IMG/VR virus record: IMGVR_UViG_3300037247_000924
Length of the DNA: 64,000 bases
Origin: a virus
Direction: 5' to 3' (one strand)
This document shows, in pieces, positions 34,667-45,147 of the stretch. Under the pieces are notes generated by a model, which was given only the letters and a program-made list of their open reading frames with translations, ran no database searches and was not told the DNA's origin. The position numbers and the translations under genes are program-made. Each line of letters begins with the position of its first letter. Position 1 is the first letter of the stretch.

Positions 34667-34970
34667 TATGCCTCACCTACCCCACCGCATAAACCTGGAT
34701 CTGTTGCGAATAGTGCTTGTACTGCCTGTAGTGTGGTGTAAATAGGGTGAAATAGGTGTGAATGTGGTCTACCAGATGGGGAAATGGTGTTTTTAGGTCC
34801 AACGCGGAGCGGGAGAACGCGCGGAGCACCTGTGTTGGGCTATGTAGTGAATAAGTACCAAAAGCCCGAAATTAGATAAAAAGCCCGAAATCGCATTTTT
34901 TTACCGTCATTCTTATGTTGATGGCTACCAGATGGAGAGGGTTTCGTGTTAAGTATCATTAGAAAGATAG

Positions 34971-35204
34971 TTGCCAATAAACTTGCAAGAGTCAGAAATA
35001 TTGCCTATACTTGCACTATCATTAACAACAAACCAGATGAACACAGACAATTTAATATCACTAGCAGACTTCGCTAGGGAGTCAGGACTACGGCCCGACG
35101 AAGTAACAAGATTAACTACGCCGCAGAAGATCAAGACAGTAATAGTAGGTAATCGAAAGTTTATTGATAAAAGTATTTATCCACCAAAAAGCTTTAAGAA
35201 GTAG
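34971..35204 (+). CDS. Small Xis/HTH-like DNA-binding protein (likely start at ATG 35037)
   Basis: LISLADFARESGLRPDEVTRL...VGNRKFIDKSIYPPKSFKK; first gene of the + strand small-ORF region. Confidence 0.7.
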   Translation: MPINLQESEILPILALSLTTNQMNTDNLISLADFARESGLRPDEVTRLTTPQKIKTVIVGNRKFIDKSIYPPKSFKK

Positions 35205-35242
35205 TATAAACCAGAGTCGAAAGGCTTAAAACAACCAAAATT

Positions 35243-38200
35243 ATGATGAACAAAACAACCGAAACACTCACAAATGAGAAGTTTCAAGAGATTTACACAA
35301 ATGAGAAGTTCCGCAACCAAGTAGCCCATGCACATGGATGCTGCGATTCAAACGGGGTGTTTAAGTACAAGCAGACTTGCTCATTTCCTGTTACGTACAT
35401 TAACGTTTCCGATGCCCAGATCGAAGAGGCAACCAAGGAGCGAGAGAGAGCAACCAAGGAGGCGTACAAGAAATATAAAAATGTCCTTTTGTTTGTTGGT
35501 ATGGGCATGACATACACCAAGGAGGAGTACAATGATGATATTTTAAATCACAGGATCAGAACAGAGTTCAGGACTAATGATGATAAAGTCGTTTTTGTTG
35601 AGTTTGGAACGATGAGAGACTACGAAACTATACACTGCGATTTTTCTATTGATAGAACTACCCAGAATCGCCTGAATGATAGTCATGATAGACAAAGTGA
35701 GTTCTATAATTACAAAGGATTGGAACGAAACAACGGTTTAGGCAAGTACACGAAGGTAAACATCCTGAACCTGATAAACAAAACCTTCAACTGTTCATTT
35801 ACTGAGTTAGTTGTTGATAATTATAATATCAGCTGCAACGGGGTGATATGTGAAAGTCCAACTAAATAATACGAACCAATTAACAACTAAGAAAATGACA
35901 ACTAAAACACAAGAAATTAAAAACAGATTAGAATATCTAAGAGCAGAGCTACGAGCTGAGCGAATCAGTACGTGCGAATTGACTGAACTGCAATCACTGA
36001 AAGAATACATTGATCCTGGTGATGTGGAACTACTAGAGGCAGCAGGAGTACCAGAATTTGAAGAAGACAGCACAGGACACGGCAATAAGCTGATAGCTGA
36101 GTTTATGGGTTATAAGCCTGCTCAATGTAATAACGGGTATGCATGGGATTGTGGAGAAACAAAGCCTAGCAAGGATCATCTATTACCTATTCAGGGGAGG
36201 CTAATTACAGGAGAGTGTAGTTATTTGAAATTTGCAACGTCCTGGGATTGGCTTATGCCAGTAGTGGAGAAGATTAATAACGACTTTCACAAAGTTAGTA
36301 TTGTGGGTGATGAGGAGTCTGATTATTGTGAAATTCTTGCTTATAATAAGAATAGCGAGTTAGATGATCGTATTTGTGAGTATGGAATTAGCTTACTAGA
36401 GGCTACTTACAAGGCTGTGATCGTATTCATTAAATGGCACAATAATCAACAAGCGTAAATCTTGTCTCTGACAGGCTGTAAGATCGCATATTTGAATCAG
36501 GCAGCGAAAAAGAAAGTTTTAAATTGAAACCAGGCTTAATTAGCCAAAAAACCAAGGAAAATGAAAGATCAAATAATTAAAACAGCAAACAAGGTGGCAA
36601 AGGCCAGCTTTATGGACTATCCAGAGTATGATGCAGATAACCCTATTGACAATCTAGCTGATGCGCTTACTGTACTAGTGGCAGAGTCGGGAGAAGAGGA
36701 TCTTGGATCAGCTGAACTGTATGACTTCTTGAAAGGAGTAATTAGCGAAGTGCCAGGAGGAGGAGGAGTGCTTCCTGATCATCCCTCTACCCTACTAGAG
36801 AACGGTAAGATCAATCAGTCCATGTATACGTTCATTATTGATTACATTGAAGCAATGACAGATAAAGGGAAGCTATCGATTCATGAAACAGCCTTGATGG
36901 ATAGTGCGAAAGGTATTATTGATTCTATTAAACGAGCTGAAGAATAGTATTTTGGTTGGAGGAAGTGGTTTTCCTCTGGACACCTTCAGGTGTGCGTGAT
37001 GCAGGGGATCGGATCTCTACTGAAGGACTTTAGTAAAAAGATTTAGCAGACAATGGGACTAATCTATGGTGTCGAACATAAAGGAGGTGTACACGGCAGT
37101 AGATTTAAGCCTCAGGGCTTGGAGTACTAAGGCAGCGAGATAAGCCAGTACGAGTGAGCTGTGATAGTGGGACGAGGTGGTAAATATTAATCAGTACAGA
37201 GAGAAAGTTATGAAGCATTTAAAAGTAGATAGGATAGCGTTCATTAACGGCTGTAAGGAAGTTATATTCCGATACGGAGGTATTGCAACTGGTAAATGTA
37301 AAATAACTGGATGGAATCTCTTTTTTATTGATCTTCCAAATAACAAGCTGATATTGAAAATTGAGCCTGAAGAGGATCAGGATGTAGTATTTAGTGTGTT
37401 TGGCAGGTATGATACGCCTACAGCTATCGGAAACCCATGCTCAGGTAAAAGGAACTTTCACCAAATCGCAGATAATGAGTGTTGGGAGGTCCAGGATACT
37501 ATTGATCATTTTGAAGACTTTATTAAAGAATCAATAACAAAAGCAAACAACAACTAAACCGACTATGATGAAAAAGAAAATCCTCAGAAATCTGTATCTG
37601 ATTAAACAATGTGCAGAACAGACAGGTTTTAAAGGCACTTTATCTTTGACTTATGGAGGTGTTACTGTTCCTGAATGGGATGAAATCATTGAATCAATAA
37701 CTGAATACCCACGATACAAGCACAATGTTACGGTTGCGGAGGGGGTTGAGGTTGTATTATTACTAAACTGAAATAAAATGACTGATACGGAATTTGATAT
37801 AGCATGTAAAGAACGAGAAGCTGAGGAACGGCAATCTTGCATAGAGCATCTTGAACAATTAACTGATTTGATTTCTGATCCGAGTGCATCTACGGCTTTT
37901 GAAAGGGGTAAAAAGAAGATCGAAGAAGAAATACAGGCAGATGATTTGTGTGATATCGAAGGGTGTTTAATGACGATCATTGATTTACTGGAGGAAGAAT
38001 GAGTGAATCAGTATATAAAGATTACTGGAAGATCACCTATACTAATGTGCTCACTGGATTAAGGGAAGTATATATGAATGTGGCTTATGACTATCCAGAA
38101 GAGGCGAAAGCTGAGATTAAACTTTTGATTAGGGATACTAAGAAATGGAAGAAATTGGGATTTAATTTATCCGATATGATAGATAACGATGTATCCATTC

Positions 38201-39788
38201 CAACGTCGATGTGCGGTAGTCACTGGAGAGTTAAAAAAGGGAAACTCAGAACAGATACGCCAACATATAGAGCCTATCTAGAGTCAGTCAAGAAATTAAA
38301 TAAACTTAATCAAGAATCAAAACAAACGGTAAAAGATATAAATGCCTTACTCGGTAGTGGTGAAAGCGCAAGCGACTAGCCTTCTACCTTAATTTTAAAA
38401 CCAGAAAGATGAATAGAAAAAAGAAAGAGGCCACTATTAAGCGAATACTGGAGTGGGTAGAATCAGATGTAACTGAGAGTATAGAAGCATCGAAAGAGAT
38501 CTCAGGTAACGAGGATGATATTGAACAGTATAAACAGTTCAAGGATGATATTGAAGAGATTGAGCCTGTAATCAAGGCAGCACCGGAGCTTCTAAAAGCA
38601 CTACAGAATATTGTCAGGGACATAAAAATAGGATGCAGGGGAGAGTCAAAGGAAATAAGAGATCAGGTAGAACACGGACTGAAAAGAAATGGAGTTTATA
38701 GTGCAATCAAAAAAGCAACCAATCAATAACAACTTATCCTCCTCTCCCTGCTGTATGGGACGAGCGCGAAAAACCAAATAATGGGGACAACAGAACAGAA
38801 GCCAATAACCTTTAAGGAGGCCTGCTCAGAACTAGGGCTTACAAGAGAAGATGTCTTGATAATCTTCTATTTGACTGGTAAGTTTAATTACGGTACTATT
38901 AAACGAATTGCCAAATCACTTAATGAAGGATATAGTCCAGATTGGGAAAGAGTTAAAGTATAGGTATGGAAGTTATGGGTACACAATGGATCATAATGTA
39001 AAGACTAACCAAATTGAAATTACAACTACGCGATGATATTCACGGAATGCACAAATACTGAATGCAACGAGCCTATAGCGCTTCCTTGGGAACCATCAGA
39101 CGGTGGTTCATACTACAGACATGCTTGCGGAGAGTGCGGGGAAGTATCTTTTATTGAATGTACAACTATGCCAGGAGAAACGCTATCAGAAGAGGAGTTT
39201 TGGAAGATGCACCCAGAGGCTAAAAAACAAGAAGCATGAAAGACAGGCACACATATACCCATACAGAGGGTAGGTATGATGGAGCGAAGTTTATTTACAG
39301 AACAGGATTGGGATTATCGAGAATAACCAATGATCCAGATGATGAGCCTAGGAATCTCGCACCTATCACAGATATCAACAAAGGCGATTGGATAGACCAG
39401 GGTTATTATAGTATGGGACAACTAGCTATGGACGTAATGGCAAAATCTTAAAATAATGACAGAAGAAAAGCGAGAACAAATACTAATGATCGGAACCTTT
39501 ATGAAGGTTCAGGTCCGCACCAACACAGACGGAACAGTTAGTTATAGGCCCGACAAGTACTGGGAGTCTCTTATGGGCGTATGGGAGGCAATAGAAGACC
39601 GGCTATTCGTAACAAGTATACAGTACAGCCAAAAGTATTACAGGGCAGAGATTCACGAACACCCACAATTACCAAACACCATCGGAGCGTTTACTCCAAT
39701 ACTAGGGCAGTCTAAGGATTCAAGGAGAGAAGCGGTCTTTAGCGCAGTGGTCTCCTTTATTGAATGGTATCACAATAATCAGAAATAA
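35243..39788 (+). other. Cluster of short early-type hypothetical ORFs
   Basis: Dense co-oriented ORFs of 60-210 aa with A-rich starts; 35850..36458 and 39456..39788 share a WxxLMxVxExI...AV..FIxWxxNNQ domain. Confidence 0.6.
38781..38963 (+). pseudogene. Truncated paralog of the DGR target proteins, no VR
   Basis: ITFKEACSELGL...IAKSLNEGYSPDWE vs KTFEDACSIKGI...VLNEGWQPDWK; ends before the VR-encoded region. Confidence 0.55.
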
Positions 39789-40305
39789 TAACATGGCATA
39801 TAACCCATCAGACTTTCAAACACCAATTCCAGTAGTGGAGTACATGGTTTCAATGATTCCAGGAGAAGCTACAACTATACTGGAGCCATCCCCAGGAGAC
39901 GGGAATATAGTGTCTAAGCTAGATAGTAAATACATGGTAACGGCTCCAAAAGACTTCTTCTTACTCGATAAACGAGAGTTTGACTGCGTGGTAATGAATC
40001 CTCCCTTTAGTTCTAAGTTCGGGATTATGGAAAATGCTCCGACTGCAGTCAACGCTAAGGGGATGCGACTGGGGTATTACTTCCTTACTGAGTGTATGAA
40101 GATGAGTAATAATGTAATTGCGCTCATGCCCTGGTTTACGATATCAGACTCAGACGTTAGGTTACGTAACATCATGGGACACGGCCTAAAATCATTAACA
40201 GCTCTTCCAAGAAAGACCTTCCAATATGCACGAATCCAGACCTGTGTATTCGAATTAGAAAAAGGATATCAGGGTCCTACCGAATTTAAAATGTTTCAGT
40301 TTTAA
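39760..40305 (+). CDS. DNA amino-methyltransferase (N6-adenine type)
   Basis: DFQTP, ILEPSPGDGNI (motif I), VVMNPPF (motif IV). Confidence 0.85.
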   Translation: MNGITIIRNNNMAYNPSDFQTPIPVVEYMVSMIPGEATTILEPSPGDGNIVSKLDSKYMVTAPKDFFLLDKREFDCVVMNPPFSSKFGIMENAPTAVNAKGMRLGYYFLTECMKMSNNVIALMPWFTISDSDVRLRNIMGHGLKSLTALPRKTFQYARIQTCVFELEKGYQGPTEFKMFQF

Positions 40306-40338
40306 CTAGAAGATGCTTGGACTTAACGAAAATAGCAG

Positions 40339-40458
40339 TATGTTTGCAGCGAGATTATCAACTTTTGACGGTGTTAATCGATCAAGTATTACACAAGTTC
40401 TTTCTTCTGAACTTTACAAGGATGCCCGGTACACCGTCAAGTTGAGCCGGGTTTTCTT
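40339..40458 (+). promoter_or_regulatory. Promoter plus attenuator-like leader
   Basis: TATGTTTG; 5' segment CAACTTTTGACGGTGT complementary to the loop ACACCGTCAAGTTG of hairpin GCCCGGT/GCCGGGT-TTTCTT. Confidence 0.6.
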
Positions 40459-40816
40459 GTTAAATCTCATTATACTAAGCCCAACTCCGTTAGCAGAACC
40501 GGACAACTGCATTGCCTGTAACAGGGATGTGTCTCTTGTTACCTGGTTTAACAGTTCTGGGGTCGTGGGGTGGTACCACGTTAGAGTTTCGAGGCACAAG
40601 AAAAACAGTCAAGTGATGGAACGGACTAAAGCACTATCCCCCATCAGCCTCGGATACCTCTATACTGGTGCTCCCAAAAGTAAGTTTCTAAAGGTCAAAA
40701 TAAGTGGTTTTCTCGAAACAGTTAAGCACTTATTCTGCCTAGAACATATACAGGGATTAACCGCAAAGTAAGTTATGATATTAACTACGGATATAATTGA
40801 AAGTAATTACTGAATT

Positions 40817-41581
40817 ATGGGAGAAGCATTTAACAGAAAGATCCTTAAAAAGGTATCAAGAGACAGATCACAGACGTTAAGCCTGATGGAAAGGTCCGGA
40901 TACTATCCGCTTATCCTGGTTGAAGAAGAGCCTGATGGATCATTTTCTGGGTATCACTTCGTAGCTAGTACCTTAATTAGAAAGGAATGGAAAGGTAAGT
41001 GGTATACGATTCACCTGGTCAGAAGACATACTGTTCAAGCGGATAGTTGGGAGGAAGCAGAGAAGAGCGGACGGGTCCATTTATGTAGAATGATGATGCT
41101 TGAAGCACACCGTATTCAAGTTCTTTATATAATCACAGGAGAAAGGGAGGACCTGGACCCCTGCCAGCTATCAGAAGAGGACAGGGTAAGGGAAATGTTA
41201 AACCTCTAAACCAAAGCCATGAAAGAAAAGACAATTAAGATCAAAGTACCATCTAAGCCTTCGGTATATAACGGTAAAAAGTGTGCAATACCAATGAGAG
41301 ATGAGCTGGACGAAGCAATGGCCGGGATGACAGATGAACAAAAGCTAAAAGCATGGGAGGAGACAAAGCCTAAATATACTGCAGGTATTGACCCCTATCA
41401 GAAAGAGGGTTTGAAGTGGTGGCAAGCAGTACTGGAGTTCCTGGGGATCAAGAAATATAATAGAGGATCGTGTGGTGCAGTACTGTTCTATGGATCAGAT
41501 GGGTCAATTAAAACGATTAAGGAAGTAAGAGATGGCAGGGTAGTGGAGAGAGTTATAGCTTTTAAAGACAAGAAATCATGA
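40817..41581 (+). other. Two hypothetical ORFs (40817..41209, 41219..41581)
   Basis: ORFs with plausible starts. Confidence 0.5.
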
Positions 41582-41912
41582 GTAAGAAATCCAAAATCAT
41601 GTTTATAGCATGTGTGCTGGTACCGAATTTAGCCTTAATTATTCATTGCGTACTGTGGATATTATCTATTAATTCTACTATAAAATAAGTATCATGAACA
41701 AACAAGAAAACGCCATAAGGCAAAGCCAACAAGCCTCTAAGGTCTGGAGAAACGGAGGCAAGGAGAGAGCTGAAGAGAGAACAGTAAAACTAATGGTTGA
41801 AGAGTACTGGAAGCTAGAAATGGACAAGTGACGCCACTACCTATCTCGTAGTGAATGGAGAGCCCTTTACTACACTACTGAGTGAAAGTGAATTTAATGA
41901 ACAATTTCAGAA

Positions 41913-42200
41913 ATGACCGGAGACATAACAGGAGAGCTAGCAGTAATCGAGGATACTAAATTAGTAGGGAGGCACAAGAAGATTCATAAGCGCCGGTGCG
42001 TGGTCTATTCTGGTAAGGGTCCTATGGCTATTGACTTTACTTATGATGAAGTAGAACTACTGGATGAGTATGAAGTAGGGGATAGGGTTTCTATCTTCTG
42101 TATATTAGAGGGTCGAGAATATACTAAGCCTGGAGGTGAGAAGCAGTACTTCCTGTCATTAAGGGGTGTTGGTATAGATCGGGTAGAGAAAGATAAATAA
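41913..42200 (+). CDS. DUF3127-like OB-fold ssDNA-binding protein
   Basis: IDFTYDEVELLDEYEVGDRVSIFCILEGREY...QYFLSL pattern of Bacteroidota DUF3127. Confidence 0.7.
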   Translation: MTGDITGELAVIEDTKLVGRHKKIHKRRCVVYSGKGPMAIDFTYDEVELLDEYEVGDRVSIFCILEGREYTKPGGEKQYFLSLRGVGIDRVEKDK

Positions 42201-42207
42201 AAAAGCC

Positions 42208-42402
42208 TTGGTAGTAACGGGGATTAGTTCTATATTGTCGAACAATGGCACGCAAGGCGGAGTTAACAGAAAGAATAGGAGTACGATTCGCTATGGGGAT
42301 AAGAAGATTCTTGAAGCTGCCGCCCAAAAGAATAACTGTAGCCTAAGTGATTATATACGACTAGAGATGCTTGAAGCAGTCAAAGAACAAAAGAAAGTTT
42401 AA
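42208..42402 (+). CDS. Ribbon-helix-helix DNA-binding protein
   Basis: STIRYGDKKILEAAAQKNNCSLSDYIR. Confidence 0.55.
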   Translation: MVVTGISSILSNNGTQGGVNRKNRSTIRYGDKKILEAAAQKNNCSLSDYIRLEMLEAVKEQKKV

Positions 42403-43144
42403 ACCTATATATTTTTCATCATGCCCTTTACAAAATCGTAAAATCAGATGAGCATAACACTGAACTTTAAGTCAAAGACGGGTCTTTGTATGGCCGCACA
42501 GCCAGGGAAAGCGTTTATTATTAATGTTAACAAAGATGGTAAGGAATTAAGCCGTACTCAGATAGGGAAGGAATATTCAGATACTTGTCCCTACTGTAAT
42601 GAATTATGGAGTGAACATTAAATCGTGCCGGTAACGGTTCTTAACTTATAAGTGAAGAAAATTATGGAAGATTTTGAAACAATATTAGATGATGCCAAAT
42701 GGGAAATTCTTAAAGAAGAAGGAATAACCAAAGAGGACTTGGAGCTTGTTGATTTGGATATTGAATTTTCTCCTGTGATTCCATACAAAGGAGCAAGCCC
42801 TTGCGAAGTTACAGAAACGATGGGAGAGAAATATATTGTGCATGGAGTGATTAATGGATCACAAACCGTTGGTGTGGAAATGCTCACGATAATGCGATAC
42901 AGGTTTTTGATTAATCGCCCTCGAATAAACCTAAACATATTTTAGCGACAAGTTAACCTATAAGTAAACTATCATGGAACTACCAACTAAAGATGCTAAA
43001 GAATATTGGGAGGCAGCACAACCTAAATTAGAAACTAACGGGAAGAGAATTGGCGAGGTGATCGTACTTAGCGACAACCCTGTGCTTAATAATAAATTTA
43101 TTCCGGCTTGGTCAAGGACTAGCAGAAGCAATTAAATCAGAGAA

Positions 43145-43618
43145 ATGATGAAATATAAACAAAATCAAGCCTGGGGTTGTGGCCTGTACGCAGTAGCGAA
43201 TTCCTGTAATTTAGACAATTTTATTACTCCGGAGAGACTTGAAGTAAGCAAAGAGCATGGTAATACTATAGGTCAATTATCTAAATGGCTACAGGAAGAT
43301 GGAATCGAGATGTACATAGAGGTTCTTTACTATAATCATCTGGGAAAGAAATTACCTAGATCAGCCTTTAAGTATCGACCAACAGGAGAAAATGTTCTTG
43401 CGATACCAATATTAATTAACTGCAGGTTTTCCGAAGAAGGGAAAAATCACTTAATCGGAGGCAAAATCAGTAAAGATGGTACACTGTATCTGTACGACAG
43501 CCTGAAAGAAGATATAATTGAAACAACTTTATCGAAAGTGAATGGAATGTACCATCATGTGTATGGGCTTTTTATATTAGCTGGTGTTGATGATGGCCAT
43601 TACGCATTTATTGAATAG
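43145..43618 (+). CDS. Papain-like cysteine peptidase (Josephin/C39-like)
   Basis: Q...GCGLYAVAN, HLIG, YLYDSL, giving a putative C-H-D triad. Confidence 0.55.
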   Translation: MMKYKQNQAWGCGLYAVANSCNLDNFITPERLEVSKEHGNTIGQLSKWLQEDGIEMYIEVLYYNHLGKKLPRSAFKYRPTGENVLAIPILINCRFSEEGKNHLIGGKISKDGTLYLYDSLKEDIIETTLSKVNGMYHHVYGLFILAGVDDGHYAFIE

Positions 43619-44745
43619 CAGAACCATGCCCGGACACAGAAAATCTAATTATGATCGCCTGAAGCCTTACGTAAGAACCTGTGGTTTTCGTAACTGTAAT
43701 AACGAAGTGATACACACCTACTGTAAACCTATTTGTATGAAACTAGAACGTTCTGCCAAGGCACAGGATAAAATAAGAGCCGAGAAGGCTGCAATGATAT
43801 ATTGATTATGGGAAAACATCAAGAAGACGGATATGAGTTTCATGAGCTAGACTCAACCGAGCTAGACAAGCTTATGAAGGATCGCTACCAATCACATTTC
43901 GAGAGATCATTAGAACAACTGGCCGGTTATCTTATTCATTATCCTGATAAAATAAAAGATTTTAAAGATGAACCAGGACTTGAAGAAGTCTACGATAAAC
44001 TTAAAGATGTAGACTGGGAATCGGCTTGTCATGCTCATTATGATTCAGAAAATAAATGTTTAGTAATAACCTTCCCTAGTATTGCGGAAATAAAAATTGA
44101 CTAATGGTAAAAGATAAATATTTAGGAGACGGAGTATATGCTTCATTTGATGGCTATCAGATATGGTTAGCCGTTAGTGATCATACAAACAAAGTAATTG
44201 CGCTAGAGCCTGAAGTCTTGAATGCTCTTGTTAATTATGCAAAAGAACTAAAATCGTGAACCAATGGAAATAGAACCACTTGACACAGAATTAAGCCCTG
44301 AGATAAAGAAACATATAGAGCTAGAGAAATGGGCTGAAAAAATGCGCTCAACAGTACTAGGAATTCCGGCAAAATATTTTAATGAGAAATAAAAGCACTA
44401 ATTTCGTTGGGCGATTGTCTACTTTCCTTGTCGTTTGTTGTAGTCGCCCACTCCCATTGAAGCAATTTAGGTTCGCCTTTATTGTTTCTTTGGGATTTTT
44501 GATTACCTTTATCCCGACAGCGGTTCTATATTCTCAAACCGTAATAAAACAACAAAACGACTAATTGTACCAAAATTGAGATTAGTAAGTACGGGGCGGG
44601 TAAGAGCGCCATTCAACGGGAACATCCGAGCAACGATCAACTTCTATCGACTCGGCAGGGGCTTCATTCGATTCCTGATAATCCGACTAGAGCTAAAAGG
44701 GTAGCTTTAGGACGTACCAAGATAAGCCTGTCGTTAACTAAAGGC

Positions 44746-45147
44746 TTGTTTAATTCTCCTTACTTAGGGATGAATATTAGGGAAGAACTATCTATGAAGT
44801 TTGAAAATCCAGAAAGAATAACAGAAGCCAATATTCAGGCTGAATTTTACCATCAGTGTAGACTGAAGGGTGTAGAGTGTTACTTAGAGTATAAGCATGA
44901 ACAGTCAAGGTTCGATGCAATAATTATAAAGAATAATGATGTGGTGCTCATTGTAGAGTTCAAGAGCTACAAAACGGATAAGAAAGGAAAAACCAAAACC
45001 AAGCAACTTGATAAATATAGGCAATACGGTATTCCAGTATTACTAATAACACGAATGAATCAAATAGAACAGGTTATCGCCTCTCTTTCTTTTAAAATAG
45101 GCGTAGCACCAATGCGTAGCTGTGCTCAATTAACACTAAGCTCATGA
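44746..45147 (+). CDS. PD-(D/E)xK nuclease
   Basis: TEANIQ...RFDAII...IVEFKS. Confidence 0.7.
   Translation: MFNSPYLGMNIREELSMKFENPERITEANIQAEFYHQCRLKGVECYLEYKHEQSRFDAIIIKNNDVVLIVEFKSYKTDKKGKTKTKQLDKYRQYGIPVLLITRMNQIEQVIASLSFKIGVAPMRSCAQLTLSS

Noticed and set aside
36948-37176. Discrete ncRNA in the early-region spacer
   Set aside because: Only short local hairpins, with no closing stem, promoter or terminator I could support.
40313-40771. 152-aa protein-coding gene
   Set aside because: It overlaps a promoter and terminator and a hairpin-rich spacer, and has no recognisable motifs; more likely non-coding.
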